Source: Clostridia bacterium (GTDB lineage: Bacteria; Bacillota; Clostridia; TANB77; RGIG9151). Taken from it: a DNA stretch of 64,000 nt. A program made the translations under genes and the position numbers. This document shows positions 49,852-59,104 of this stretch, piece after piece. Position 1 is the first letter of the stretch. Each line of letters begins with the position of its first letter. The stretch is from contig JAFSUW010000007.1 in assembly GCA_017450465.1 (NCBI GenBank), positions 6,247 to 70,246 of the forward strand, read 5' to 3'. The notes beneath the pieces were generated by a model that searched no databases, was not told the DNA's origin, and saw nothing but the letters and a program-made list of their open reading frames with translations.

Positions 49852-51249
49852 ATGGATGATTTATACGAACGAATTAATTTGACTTTTGATTTAAGCGAAG
49901 TTTCAATTAATGTATGTAATGCATATGATTTTGGCGAGTTTGTTTCTAATGAGCTAGTAGAAGTAGGATACGAAGATTTTAACTATGTATTAACTACACA
50001 AAAAGGGAAATATTTCGTAAAAATATTCAATAAAGAACGTAACGAAGACAACTTAAAAAAGTATCTTGATAGAATAAAATTATCATCAGAAATCGAAGTT
50101 AATTCACCTCATGTATATAAATGCAATGATGAAATATTGTATGTTTATAAGAAAGATAATTTAGAGTTTAGGTTATGTGTTTTTGAATATATAGATGGAC
50201 AAAGCTTTTTTGATATAGACTTAATACCAACGGAAGAAGATATAAAAGAAATAGTAAGGCAGATGGCTTTGATACATAAGGCAAAACTTGATTCAAAGTT
50301 TATATATGATCCTTGGACACTTACGAACTTTAAAGAAGAATATGCGATGAAAAGTGAGTGCCTAAACGGAAGTGATTTGTTAGATGTATCTAATTTGAGT
50401 TTTGAATTTGATAACATTGATTTTGATAAACTTCCATATTCATTTGTGCATGGCGATATCATTAGCTCAAATGTAATAAAAGATAGGAATAATAAGTTAT
50501 GGATTGTTGATTGGTCAGTTTCAAATTATTTTCCAAGGATAGTAGATATTGTTGTAACATCATGTAATTTGTGCTTAGACCCTGGAAGTAAAGAAAAAAC
50601 TGCTAAAATGATTGGTTTCATAATAAATGAGTACGAAAAGTATAATAAACTAACCGAATATGAAAAAGAAATTTTGCCATTGTTTTTTGAGCTTGCAAAT
50701 GCAATGGGTATAATACAAACAAATTATCAAAACTCAATTGGTAATCAAAGCGAGGAAAATAACTATTGGCTTAAAGTAAGTAGAAAGGGCCTAGAGTATT
50801 CAACAAATGAGTTTTGGAAACAAATATTTAATAACGATTCAGAAAGGAGAAGCAAAATGAAAGAGGTTTATGATTTTTTAAAGAAATGTGGCACATTCTA
50901 TATTGCAACGGAGGAAGGAGAAAAGCCAAGAGTTAGACCTTTTGGAGTAGTAAATATTTTTGAAGACAAGTTATATATCCAAACAGGAAAATCTAAAAAT
51001 GTATCAAAACAAATGCAGGTAAACCCAAATGTAGAGATATGTGCTTTTAAGGATGATACATGGGTAAGAATTGAAGGCAAGGTTGTAAGAGATGATAGGA
51101 AAGAAGCAAAAGAAAGTATGTTAAATGCTAATCCAATGCTAAAAAGTATGTATTCAGCAGATGACGACAATACAGAAGTTTTGTATTTTGAAAAGGCAAA
51201 AGCAACGTTTTATTCTTTTACATCGCAGCCAAAAGTAGTTGAATTTTAA
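49852..51249 (+). CDS. Fusion protein: aminoglycoside/choline-kinase-like phosphotransferase (APH fold) + pyridoxamine-5'-phosphate-oxidase-like FMN-binding domain
   Basis: Kinase motifs FVHGDIISSNVI and IVDWS (Brenner and DxD-like). C-terminal PNPOx-like segment FYIATEEGEKPRVRPFGVVNIFEDKLYIQTGKSKNVSKQMQVNPNVEICAF. Confidence 0.5.
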   Translation: MDDLYERINLTFDLSEVSINVCNAYDFGEFVSNELVEVGYEDFNYVLTTQKGKYFVKIFNKERNEDNLKKYLDRIKLSSEIEVNSPHVYKCNDEILYVYKKDNLEFRLCVFEYIDGQSFFDIDLIPTEEDIKEIVRQMALIHKAKLDSKFIYDPWTLTNFKEEYAMKSECLNGSDLLDVSNLSFEFDNIDFDKLPYSFVHGDIISSNVIKDRNNKLWIVDWSVSNYFPRIVDIVVTSCNLCLDPGSKEKTAKMIGFIINEYEKYNKLTEYEKEILPLFFELANAMGIIQTNYQNSIGNQSEENNYWLKVSRKGLEYSTNEFWKQIFNNDSERRSKMKEVYDFLKKCGTFYIATEEGEKPRVRPFGVVNIFEDKLYIQTGKSKNVSKQMQVNPNVEICAFKDDTWVRIEGKVVRDDRKEAKESMLNANPMLKSMYSADDDNTEVLYFEKAKATFYSFTSQPKVVEF

Positions 51250-51259
51250 GGAGCAAGAC

Positions 51260-51763
51260 ATGGAACGAAGAGATTTATATGATAAAGGAAGAAACATTAC
51301 TGGCGAAACTATATTAAAAGGCGAAGCGATACCTATAGATAGATATATTGTAGTGGTTTTAGTTTTTATTAAGAACTCCGAAGGAAAGTTTTTGATTCAA
51401 AAAAGAAGCGAAATAAAAAATGGTAAATATGCAACAACGGGTGGACATGTAAAATCGGGCGAAAGTAGTGTTGAAGGCATAATAGCAGAAGTAGAGGAAG
51501 AAATTGGCTTAAAACTACGCCCCGATGACTTAACACTTTATTTTTCTGGTAGGTCAGATACAGAAAGAGTTTTCTTCGATGATTATTATGCTAAAATTGA
51601 TATTGAAGATATAGGGAAATTAAAGCTTCAAGAAGATGAAGTAAGTTCTGTTAATTGGTTTTCTGAAGACGAAATAAAACAGTTAATGAAAGAAGATAAG
51701 TTTTTTGATAAACATTATGAAGAATTTGAGATTTTATTAGATTGGTTAAAGGAGCAAAGATAA
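51260..51763 (+). CDS. NUDIX hydrolase
   Basis: Nudix box GGHVKSGESSVEGIIAEVEEEIGL. Confidence 0.75.
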   Translation: MERRDLYDKGRNITGETILKGEAIPIDRYIVVVLVFIKNSEGKFLIQKRSEIKNGKYATTGGHVKSGESSVEGIIAEVEEEIGLKLRPDDLTLYFSGRSDTERVFFDDYYAKIDIEDIGKLKLQEDEVSSVNWFSEDEIKQLMKEDKFFDKHYEEFEILLDWLKEQR

Positions 51764-51764
51764 T

Positions 51765-52217
51765 ATGGAGTCATTATGTGGAGCAGATTGTACTAATTGC
51801 GGATATGGTAAGAATAATAACTGTAAAGGATGTAGTAAAACAGATGGTTGCCCATTTGGAAGGCAATGTTTTATTGCTAAATACATATTAACAGGTGGCA
51901 AAGAGAATTATGAACTGTTTAAGAAGCAATTGGTAGACGAGATAAATGAATTAAATATATCAGGTATGCCCAAAATAAGCGATTTAATTCCGTTAAATGG
52001 CTCGTTTGTAAACTTAAGTTATCCTTTACCAAATGGACAAAATGCGGAGTTTCTGAATAATGACGATATATATTTGGGTACTCAAGTTGAATGCGAATTT
52101 AATGATGGTAATTTAATTAGATGCTTTGGAGTAGTGGTCAATATGGATTTTATACTTATTTCTGAGTATGGACCAAATGGCGATAATCCAGAAATTATTG
52201 TGTATAAAAAGAGGTAA
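51765..52217 (+). CDS. Cys-rich hypothetical protein (DUF3795-like)
   Basis: CGADCTNCGYGKNNNCKGCSKTDGCPFGRQC N-terminal cysteine cluster. Confidence 0.4.
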   Translation: MESLCGADCTNCGYGKNNNCKGCSKTDGCPFGRQCFIAKYILTGGKENYELFKKQLVDEINELNISGMPKISDLIPLNGSFVNLSYPLPNGQNAEFLNNDDIYLGTQVECEFNDGNLIRCFGVVVNMDFILISEYGPNGDNPEIIVYKKR

Positions 52218-52221
52218 AGTT

Positions 52222-52881
52222 ATGGACAAGTATCTATCAGTAAAAAAGATATTTGAATTAAATGCAAATAAAGAAAATGCAATTCAAATGTCAAAGTATA
52301 TGAGAAATATGTTTGAATTTTATGGATTACCCGCACCAAAGAGAAAAGAAGTATACGATGATTTCATAAAATCAGAAAAGAAAGCAAAAATGATAGATTG
52401 GGAATTTTTAGATGAGTGCTATAAAGATAATCATAGAGAATTTCAATATCTAGTTTTTGATTATTTACTTGCTATGAAAAAGTATGCCGTATACGAAGAT
52501 ATTTTTAAGATAAAAAAGTATATTTTAGATAAGTCTTGGTGGGATACGATAGATTTTTTGTGTAAGGTAATTGGTGATATTGGAGTTAGAGATATAAAGG
52601 TTAAAGATTTGATGTTAGATTGGTCGAAGGATGAAAATATCTGGCTAAAAAGAACAGCAATAGAGCATCAGCTTGGATTAAAAGAAAAAACAGACACAGA
52701 ACTATTGAAAAAGATCGTAATAAATAATTTTGGTAGTAATGAGTTTTTTGTAAATAAAGCAATTGGATGGGCGTTACGAGATTATTCAAAAACTAATCCT
52801 GAATTTGTAAAAGATTTTATAAATACGTATAAAGATAAAATGAATAGTTTGAGTATAAAAGAAGCAAGTAAATATATTTAA
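52222..52881 (+). CDS. DNA alkylation repair protein (AlkD/AlkC-like HEAT-repeat glycosylase family)
   Basis: SKYMRNMFEFYGLPAPKRK, WWDTIDFL and NKAIGWALRDYSKTNPEFV segments are typical of this family. ATG 52222 after AGAGGT. Confidence 0.65.
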   Translation: MDKYLSVKKIFELNANKENAIQMSKYMRNMFEFYGLPAPKRKEVYDDFIKSEKKAKMIDWEFLDECYKDNHREFQYLVFDYLLAMKKYAVYEDIFKIKKYILDKSWWDTIDFLCKVIGDIGVRDIKVKDLMLDWSKDENIWLKRTAIEHQLGLKEKTDTELLKKIVINNFGSNEFFVNKAIGWALRDYSKTNPEFVKDFINTYKDKMNSLSIKEASKYI

Positions 52882-53028
52882 TATGAAAAAATAATTAACT
52901 TGTGGAGAAAATTATATTTATCATTATACAAAATTGGAGATAGAGTAGTTGAACTAAAAAAATAGATTAATGGTTATTACTATTAGTGAATAACTAAATA
53001 ATAAATAAAAGAGAAAGGATAAAAAAAG

Positions 53029-53952
53029 ATGGAAGAAAAATCTACAAATAAATTAAATAGAGATTATGTGACAAATCTTTTAATGCGACGCAGTGTAATA
53101 GCACTTTGTAGTGGAATAATTACTCTAGTATTTGCTTTTTATGGAATAGTTGCAGGGATAATTCGAACAGTTGAAGTGATGGAAATAAATGGCTTTTATA
53201 GTTTTATCTTTTATACAATGATTTCAAATACTTTTGCTGCTTTTTCTGTTACTTTGATAATTCCTTTTGCAGTTGAAGGAATTAAGAGAAAAAGTTTTAT
53301 ATTGCCTAAATGGATAGCTGTACTACATTATATTTCAGCTAATACTATTGCAATAACGATGTTTTTAGTTTTGGCTATTATGAGTTGGATAGCACCAGAT
53401 AATGCTTTTGGAGGGGCCAACTTTATTACGCATGTCATTTGCCCAGTTTTAATACTAATTTCATTTTTTCAAATAGAAAATGGATACATTTATTCTTTAA
53501 AAAATATTATTTTGGCAGGTATTCCATTCTATATATATGTATTCATTTATTCTATTGAAGTATTTCTTATTGGAGAGGCAAATGGTGGTTGGATTGATAT
53601 ATATGAAGTTAAAGAACATATGTCACCTATTATTGCTGTACCAATGTTATTGTTTTTGGGATTTTGTGTAAGTTGGCTGGTTGCAATTATTTCCAATTTC
53701 TTAACTAAGAAACGAGTAAAAAAAAGGTTTTTATACTTGGAAAATGGTTTAGAACCTGTTGAAGCTAAAATAGAGGCTTATGGACTTGGAAGTATGATGA
53801 GCCAGATTAAAGATGAAAATAGTATTCTAATACCTTTAGACATTCTTAATTATATTGCAAAAAAATCTCATGTGAATACAGAAGATTTAATTAAGTCATA
53901 CATAACTGGGCTAATAAACGGTCAAAAAGCAAGTAAAATAAATAACAAGTAA
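53029..53952 (+). CDS. Hypothetical polytopic membrane protein
   Basis: 307 aa with at least 6 hydrophobic segments. Confidence 0.4.
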   Translation: MEEKSTNKLNRDYVTNLLMRRSVIALCSGIITLVFAFYGIVAGIIRTVEVMEINGFYSFIFYTMISNTFAAFSVTLIIPFAVEGIKRKSFILPKWIAVLHYISANTIAITMFLVLAIMSWIAPDNAFGGANFITHVICPVLILISFFQIENGYIYSLKNIILAGIPFYIYVFIYSIEVFLIGEANGGWIDIYEVKEHMSPIIAVPMLLFLGFCVSWLVAIISNFLTKKRVKKRFLYLENGLEPVEAKIEAYGLGSMMSQIKDENSILIPLDILNYIAKKSHVNTEDLIKSYITGLINGQKASKINNK

Positions 53953-54008
53953 AATTGTAAAAGAAAAAATGAATGGAAACTAGGAAAAATGTCGTTTAAC
54001 CACATTTT

Positions 54009-54788
54009 TTATGCTTCCTTATTTTTTCTTTGAAAAACTTTACCAACAAAATATATGATATGAAATAATATTAATTCAAGGCATAGTAACAAAGCTATAT
54101 AACCTTTATTACCAAATATAGGAGTTGATATATTCCATAATAGTTTTGTTAATGGGAAATCACTAGGAGTAGTTAGTAACATATAACCTTTATCAAATGT
54201 TATATCAATATAATATATTGGAATTATAAGTAATAGTATAAATAGCGTTGATACCCAAACACCTTTATAAGTAGCTTTTGATTCGCCAATTGCAATTTTG
54301 AATACTCCATATACTACTATTAAACCATGGAATAAAAATTCATGTATTGAAAAGAAATTAAGCCATGGATACGTAGTACTAGGTGATACAATACCAAGTA
54401 CACCACCAGGTAGAAATACGTATAACCATAACATATTAACAATTTTGTTATTTGGCCATAATGCATCAACTATTATAAATATCCCAGAAAACGTACATAA
54501 ATGTAGAGGTACGTATGAATCTATGTAGTGTGGAAATAAAAAAGATATAAGAACTATTTTGACATATTCTAGTGCAAATATTGTTATTGCGCATATTTTT
54601 CTATATAAATCTTGTTTGTTTTTTGTAGTTTTCGAATATCTCTTTGCAACCAATATGCATATTAGTATAATAATTGCTAACCATATAATATGTCCCAAGG
54701 AAAATAATGGATGACCAACATTATAACCCTTATCCATTATATAGTGTTTTAACCACAAAAACTGTGGTATGTCTTTAATTGTACTCAT
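54009..54788 (-). CDS. Hypothetical polytopic membrane protein (YwaF/TIGR02206-like)
   Basis: 259 aa with multiple TM helices and the PLHLCTFSGIFI motif. Confidence 0.4.
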   Translation of the reverse strand: MSTIKDIPQFLWLKHYIMDKGYNVGHPLFSLGHIIWLAIIILICILVAKRYSKTTKNKQDLYRKICAITIFALEYVKIVLISFLFPHYIDSYVPLHLCTFSGIFIIVDALWPNNKIVNMLWLYVFLPGGVLGIVSPSTTYPWLNFFSIHEFLFHGLIVVYGVFKIAIGESKATYKGVWVSTLFILLLIIPIYYIDITFDKGYMLLTTPSDFPLTKLLWNISTPIFGNKGYIALLLCLELILFHIIYFVGKVFQRKNKEA

Positions 54789-55067
54789 ATAATCTCCTTT
54801 GTATTTTAATAATATAATAATTATATTATAATAATATTATTAATTCAAATATAAAGTTATATAATGAGTTTAAAAATGTAATTAGATAGTTTTGTAAAGT
54901 TTATGGAGATGATTATAATACAGTTTATAGTGAGTTATGTATTATTCATAAAGAATTAAATTATGAATCATTTAATGATATAGAAGTTTTTTAAGAATAT
55001 ATGAAAAGAAGAAATACTAATAGTATCGATTAGGGTAAAGATGTAAAAATAAAAGGAGTTGATGTGG

Positions 55068-55925
55068 ATGAATGAAAATAAAACTAATATTAACTGGTAT
55101 CCAGGCCATATGGCAAAAGCCAAACGCGAAATAAAAGAAAACTTAAAATTAATCGATATAATAATCGAAATAATAGATGCTCGTATTCCACGTAGCAGTA
55201 GGAATCCAGATTTTGATGAAATAGTACTATCAAAGCCAAGAATAGTTGCCTTAAATAAAAGTGATATGTCGGACAAGCTTGTTAATGATTTATGGGTAAA
55301 GCGTCTTAAGGAAGAGGGTACACCTGTTACACTCATAAATGCATTAACTGGCAATGGCATAGGTGAAACAATGCGTCTTACCTCAAAACTTATGGAAGAT
55401 AAACTAAATATGCATGCCGAAAAAGGTAGAATAGGTAAACCAATTCGTGCTTTAGTTCTTGGTATTCCAAATTCGGGTAAATCTTCTTTTATAAATAAAG
55501 TGGCAGGAAGGCAAGTGGCTGTAGTTGGCAATAAGCCAGGTGTTACGAAGGAAGGTAAATGGATAAAAACAAACTTTGGTGTAGAACTTATGGATACTCC
55601 GGGTATTTTGTGGCCAAAGTTTGAAAATGAAGAAACTGCACTTCATTTAGCATATACAGGTGCGATAAAGTATGAACTGCTTGATAATACTGAACTTACA
55701 CTAAAGCTTATAGAGGAGTTAAAAGAAAATTATAGTGAAGAGTTAAAAACGCGTTATAAATTAGAAGATATCGATGGTACTCCATTATCTATATATGAAA
55801 AAATAGGTAAAAATAGAGGATATTTAATTTCAGGTGGAGAAATAGATTATGAACGAACCGCCAATATGATAGTAGATGAATTTAGGAAAGGTATAATCGG
55901 GAGAATATCGCTAGAACGCCCGTAA
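55068..55925 (+). CDS. rbgA: Ribosome biogenesis GTPase A (YlqF/RbgA, circularly permuted GTPase)
   Basis: NWYPGHMAKAKREI N-terminus; G4 ALNKSD, G1 GIPNSGKSS, G3 DTPG. ATG 55068 lies 9 nt after AAGGAG; upstream in-frame TTG/ATG alternatives are at 55059 and 55062. Confidence 0.85.
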   Translation: MNENKTNINWYPGHMAKAKREIKENLKLIDIIIEIIDARIPRSSRNPDFDEIVLSKPRIVALNKSDMSDKLVNDLWVKRLKEEGTPVTLINALTGNGIGETMRLTSKLMEDKLNMHAEKGRIGKPIRALVLGIPNSGKSSFINKVAGRQVAVVGNKPGVTKEGKWIKTNFGVELMDTPGILWPKFENEETALHLAYTGAIKYELLDNTELTLKLIEELKENYSEELKTRYKLEDIDGTPLSIYEKIGKNRGYLISGGEIDYERTANMIVDEFRKGIIGRISLERP

Positions 55926-55939
55926 GAAAGGACAAACTT

Positions 55940-56614
55940 ATGGAATTTATACCAATAAATAAAGACGCAAAAATGACAGAAGCAAGAATAAAAAAATACG
56001 AAGCAGAAAAAATAAGATTAAGCAATATGCTAAAATTTGAAAACCCACTATATTTGCAGGGTGTAAAGTATATTGGTGGCATCGATGAAGTGGGGCGTGG
56101 ACCGCTTGCTGGCCCTGTTGTTACATGTTGCTATACGCCTAAAAAAGATGTACTAATAGAAGGGGTAAACGACTCAAAAAAAGTATCTGAGAAGAAACGT
56201 GAAGAACTATTTGATATACTTGTAGAAAATGCTGAAAGTTATGGAATAGGCATAATGAACGAAAAAGTAATTGATGATATAAACATATTAAATGCAACGC
56301 ATAAGGCAATGCTTGAAGCGATTGATAAGTCTACAATATATCCAGAACACATATTGATAGACGCAGAACACTTAAAAACGGAAATACCTCAAACCGCAAT
56401 AATAAAAGGTGATATGTATAGTTATGCTATAGCATGCGCTTCAATTGTTGCTAAAGTTACAAGGGACAGAATGATGATGGCATATGATGAAATATATCCG
56501 CAGTATGGATTTGCAAAAAACAAAGGTTATGGCACTAAAGAACATATTGATGCGATACTAAAATATGGACCATGCCCAATACATAGAAAGAGTTTTCTCA
56601 AAAACATTTTGTAA
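55940..56614 (+). CDS. rnhB: Ribonuclease HII
   Basis: GIDEVGRGPLAGPVV active-site segment and DSKKVS motif. Confidence 0.85.
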   Translation: MEFIPINKDAKMTEARIKKYEAEKIRLSNMLKFENPLYLQGVKYIGGIDEVGRGPLAGPVVTCCYTPKKDVLIEGVNDSKKVSEKKREELFDILVENAESYGIGIMNEKVIDDINILNATHKAMLEAIDKSTIYPEHILIDAEHLKTEIPQTAIIKGDMYSYAIACASIVAKVTRDRMMMAYDEIYPQYGFAKNKGYGTKEHIDAILKYGPCPIHRKSFLKNIL

Positions 56615-56629
56615 AGGAAGATGATTAAT

Positions 56630-56914
56630 ATGCGAGTTGATGATATTAATTATGTAGGAGCAATAAACCCAGATAAGCCAAAGGACAGATTCCAAAAAGG
56701 AAGACGTTTTAAGGCAAGAGTAAAAAATATAACACCAAATACAGTGGAACTTGAAGTAGAAGAGGGCATAATGACAGCAGGAATTGCAACTAATATGGGC
56801 GTTCATATAGGAGATATTGCGGAATTTGAGGTAACCGCAAGAACTGATGATAGGATAGAACTAAAGCATATAAAGCAAGAAAAGATAGATGAAGGTTTCG
56901 ATATGCGAATATAG
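56630..56914 (+). CDS. Small hypothetical protein
   Basis: ORF between rnhB and yraN; its TAG stop sits inside the yraN RBS. Confidence 0.35.
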   Translation: MRVDDINYVGAINPDKPKDRFQKGRRFKARVKNITPNTVELEVEEGIMTAGIATNMGVHIGDIAEFEVTARTDDRIELKHIKQEKIDEGFDMRI

Positions 56915-56921
56915 GAGGACT

Positions 56922-57299
56922 ATGGAAAAATACAATAAAACTGTAGGCAACTTTGGCGAAGAAATGGCGACAAAGTACATTGAAAAGCAACATTACAAAA
57001 TACTTGATAGAAACTTTAATACACGTCTTGGAGAACTTGATATAGTAGCATTAAATAAAGATTGTTTATGCTTTATTGAAGTAAAAACGCGTACTACAGA
57101 TAAATACGGTAAGCCGATGGATGCAGTAAACTACGTAAAAAGAAATCATTTGATAAATGCTGCAAAAATATACATAACAAAAAATAAATTAATAAATTAT
57201 AAAGCACGTTTTGATATAGTTGAAGTTTTTGTAAAAAAAGACGATAATAATTTTGAAGTAGAAAAAATTAATTTAATAAAAAATGCATTTATGTGTTAA
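56922..57299 (+). CDS. yraN: YraN-family (UPF0102) endonuclease
   Basis: GEEMATKYIEKQHYKILDRNFNTRLGELDIVALNKDCLCFIEVKTRT matches the YraN signature; AGGAGG RBS. Confidence 0.75.
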   Translation: MEKYNKTVGNFGEEMATKYIEKQHYKILDRNFNTRLGELDIVALNKDCLCFIEVKTRTTDKYGKPMDAVNYVKRNHLINAAKIYITKNKLINYKARFDIVEVFVKKDDNNFEVEKINLIKNAFMC

Positions 57300-57312
57300 A
57301 GGAGGGTTTTTG

Positions 57313-58605
57313 GTGAGGATATACGATACAATTGCTAAAAAACGTGATGGACTTACCCTTACAGATGAAGAAATAGAATTTTTTGTAGAAGAATTTGTAA
57401 AAGGAAATGTAACAGATTATCAAGCATCTGCCCTACTTATGGCAATATATATACGTGGCATGGATATAAAAGAAACATCGTGTCTTACAAAAGCAATGGC
57501 ACACTCAGGAGACATGGTAGACCTTTCAAAAATAAATGGCATAAAAGTAGATAAGCATAGTACCGGTGGTGTTGGCGATAAAACAACATTAATAGTTGCA
57601 CCAATTGTAGCATCATTCGGTGTTCCAGTAGCAAAAATGTCTGGGCGTGGACTTGGGCATTCGGGTGGTACAATAGATAAATTAGAATCAATACCGGGCT
57701 TTAGGACAGCACTTTCAGAAGAAGAGTTTATAAATAATGTAAATAGTATAAATTTTGCATTGGCAGGACAAACAGGCAATTTAGTGCCTGCTGATAAAAA
57801 ATTATATGCACTTCGTGATGTAACGGCAACTGTAGAAAGTGTTCCACTTATTGCATCAAGTGTAATGAGTAAAAAAATAGCGGGTGGTGCAGATGCAATA
57901 GTGTTAGACGTAAAATGCGGTAGCGGTGCATTTATGAAAACACTAGGCGATGCGACAACTCTTGCAAAAGCAATGGTACAAATAGGTACAGAATTAAATA
58001 GAAAAACAGTAGCATTAATTACTAATATGAATGAACCACTTGGCGAATATGTTGGTAATTCGGTTGAAATAAAAGAAGTACTAACCACATTAAAAGGTAA
58101 TGGGCCAGAGGACTTAACAACGCTTTGCGTAGAACTTGCAACACATATGTTGATTCTTGCAGGTAAAGGCAGCGAAGAAGAAATTAGAGAAAAAGTAAAA
58201 GAGAAAATAAAAAATGGTGAAGCATTAGATAAATTTATGGAATTTGTGAAAGCACAAGGGGGCACTTTAGATATTGATGGCACAAACTTAAAAGTTGCAT
58301 CAAATACAATAAAAATAAAAGCAGGACACAAGGGTTATGTAAAAGCAATAGATACTGAGGCAATAGGAATAGCCACTGTACTAATGGGCGGAGGTAGATT
58401 AAAGAAAGAAGACACCATAGATTATTCGGTTGGATTAAAGATAAACAAAAAAATTGGCGATTATGTAGATGAAGATACGGATATTGCAGAGATATACACT
58501 AATAAAGAAGATAACGAGGAAATAATTAATAAAATACAAACAGCATATAATTATAGTGATGAATTAGTAAAAAAATCTGATATAATATATAATATAATTA
58601 AATAA
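57313..58605 (+). CDS. pdp: Pyrimidine-nucleoside (thymidine) phosphorylase
   Basis: GTG after AAGGAGGG; IYDTIAKKRDGLTLTDEEI, DKHSTGGVGDKTT phosphate-binding motif and SGRGLGHSGGTIDKLE. Confidence 0.85.
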   Translation: MRIYDTIAKKRDGLTLTDEEIEFFVEEFVKGNVTDYQASALLMAIYIRGMDIKETSCLTKAMAHSGDMVDLSKINGIKVDKHSTGGVGDKTTLIVAPIVASFGVPVAKMSGRGLGHSGGTIDKLESIPGFRTALSEEEFINNVNSINFALAGQTGNLVPADKKLYALRDVTATVESVPLIASSVMSKKIAGGADAIVLDVKCGSGAFMKTLGDATTLAKAMVQIGTELNRKTVALITNMNEPLGEYVGNSVEIKEVLTTLKGNGPEDLTTLCVELATHMLILAGKGSEEEIREKVKEKIKNGEALDKFMEFVKAQGGTLDIDGTNLKVASNTIKIKAGHKGYVKAIDTEAIGIATVLMGGGRLKKEDTIDYSVGLKINKKIGDYVDEDTDIAEIYTNKEDNEEIINKIQTAYNYSDELVKKSDIIYNIIK

Positions 58606-58617
58606 AGGAGGCCCTTT

Positions 58618-59073
58618 ATGAAATGTCCTTTTTGTTATACACCAGAAAGCAAGGTAATAGATAGTCGTGCAGCCGACAATGGAATGAGTATAAAAAGAAG
58701 ACGTGAATGTGTTGGTTGTGGTAAAAAATTTACTACTTATGAACGGGTAGAAGAAATAATGCTAATGGTAGTAAAGAAAGATGGAAGTAGGCAAGCATTT
58801 GATAGAAGAAAGTTAACGAATGGAATAATTCGTGCTTGTGAAAAAAGGCCAATTACAGCAGAACAAATTGAAGAAATTGTATCAAACATTGAAACACAAA
58901 TCTACAATAAGCTAAACAAAGAAATATCTACACAAGAGATAGGCGAACTCGTAATGGAGAGCTTAAAGAAGGTAGATGATGTTGCGTATGTTAGATTTGC
59001 GTCAGTTTATCGACAATTTAAAGATGTAAATACGTTTATGGATGAGATAAAAAAATTAATGGATAAGAAATAA
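58618..59073 (+). CDS. nrdR: Transcriptional repressor NrdR (Zn-ribbon + ATP-cone)
   Basis: [17 protein letters not shown] ... [16 protein letters not shown]. Confidence 0.9.
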   Translation: MKCPFCYTPESKVIDSRAADNGMSIKRRRECVGCGKKFTTYERVEEIMLMVVKKDGSRQAFDRRKLTNGIIRACEKRPITAEQIEEIVSNIETQIYNKLNKEISTQEIGELVMESLKKVDDVAYVRFASVYRQFKDVNTFMDEIKKLMDKK

Positions 59074-59104
59074 TTTGTAAAACACTAAGGAGGAAACTAA
59101 AGAT

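Noticed and set aside
54789-55058. AT-rich palindromic stretch TAATAATATAATAATTATATTATAATAATATTATTA between the membrane-protein gene and rbgA.
   Set aside because: It is low-complexity AT repeats in a divergent promoter region. It may well be promoter or UP-element DNA, but it is not distinguishable from background AT-richness.
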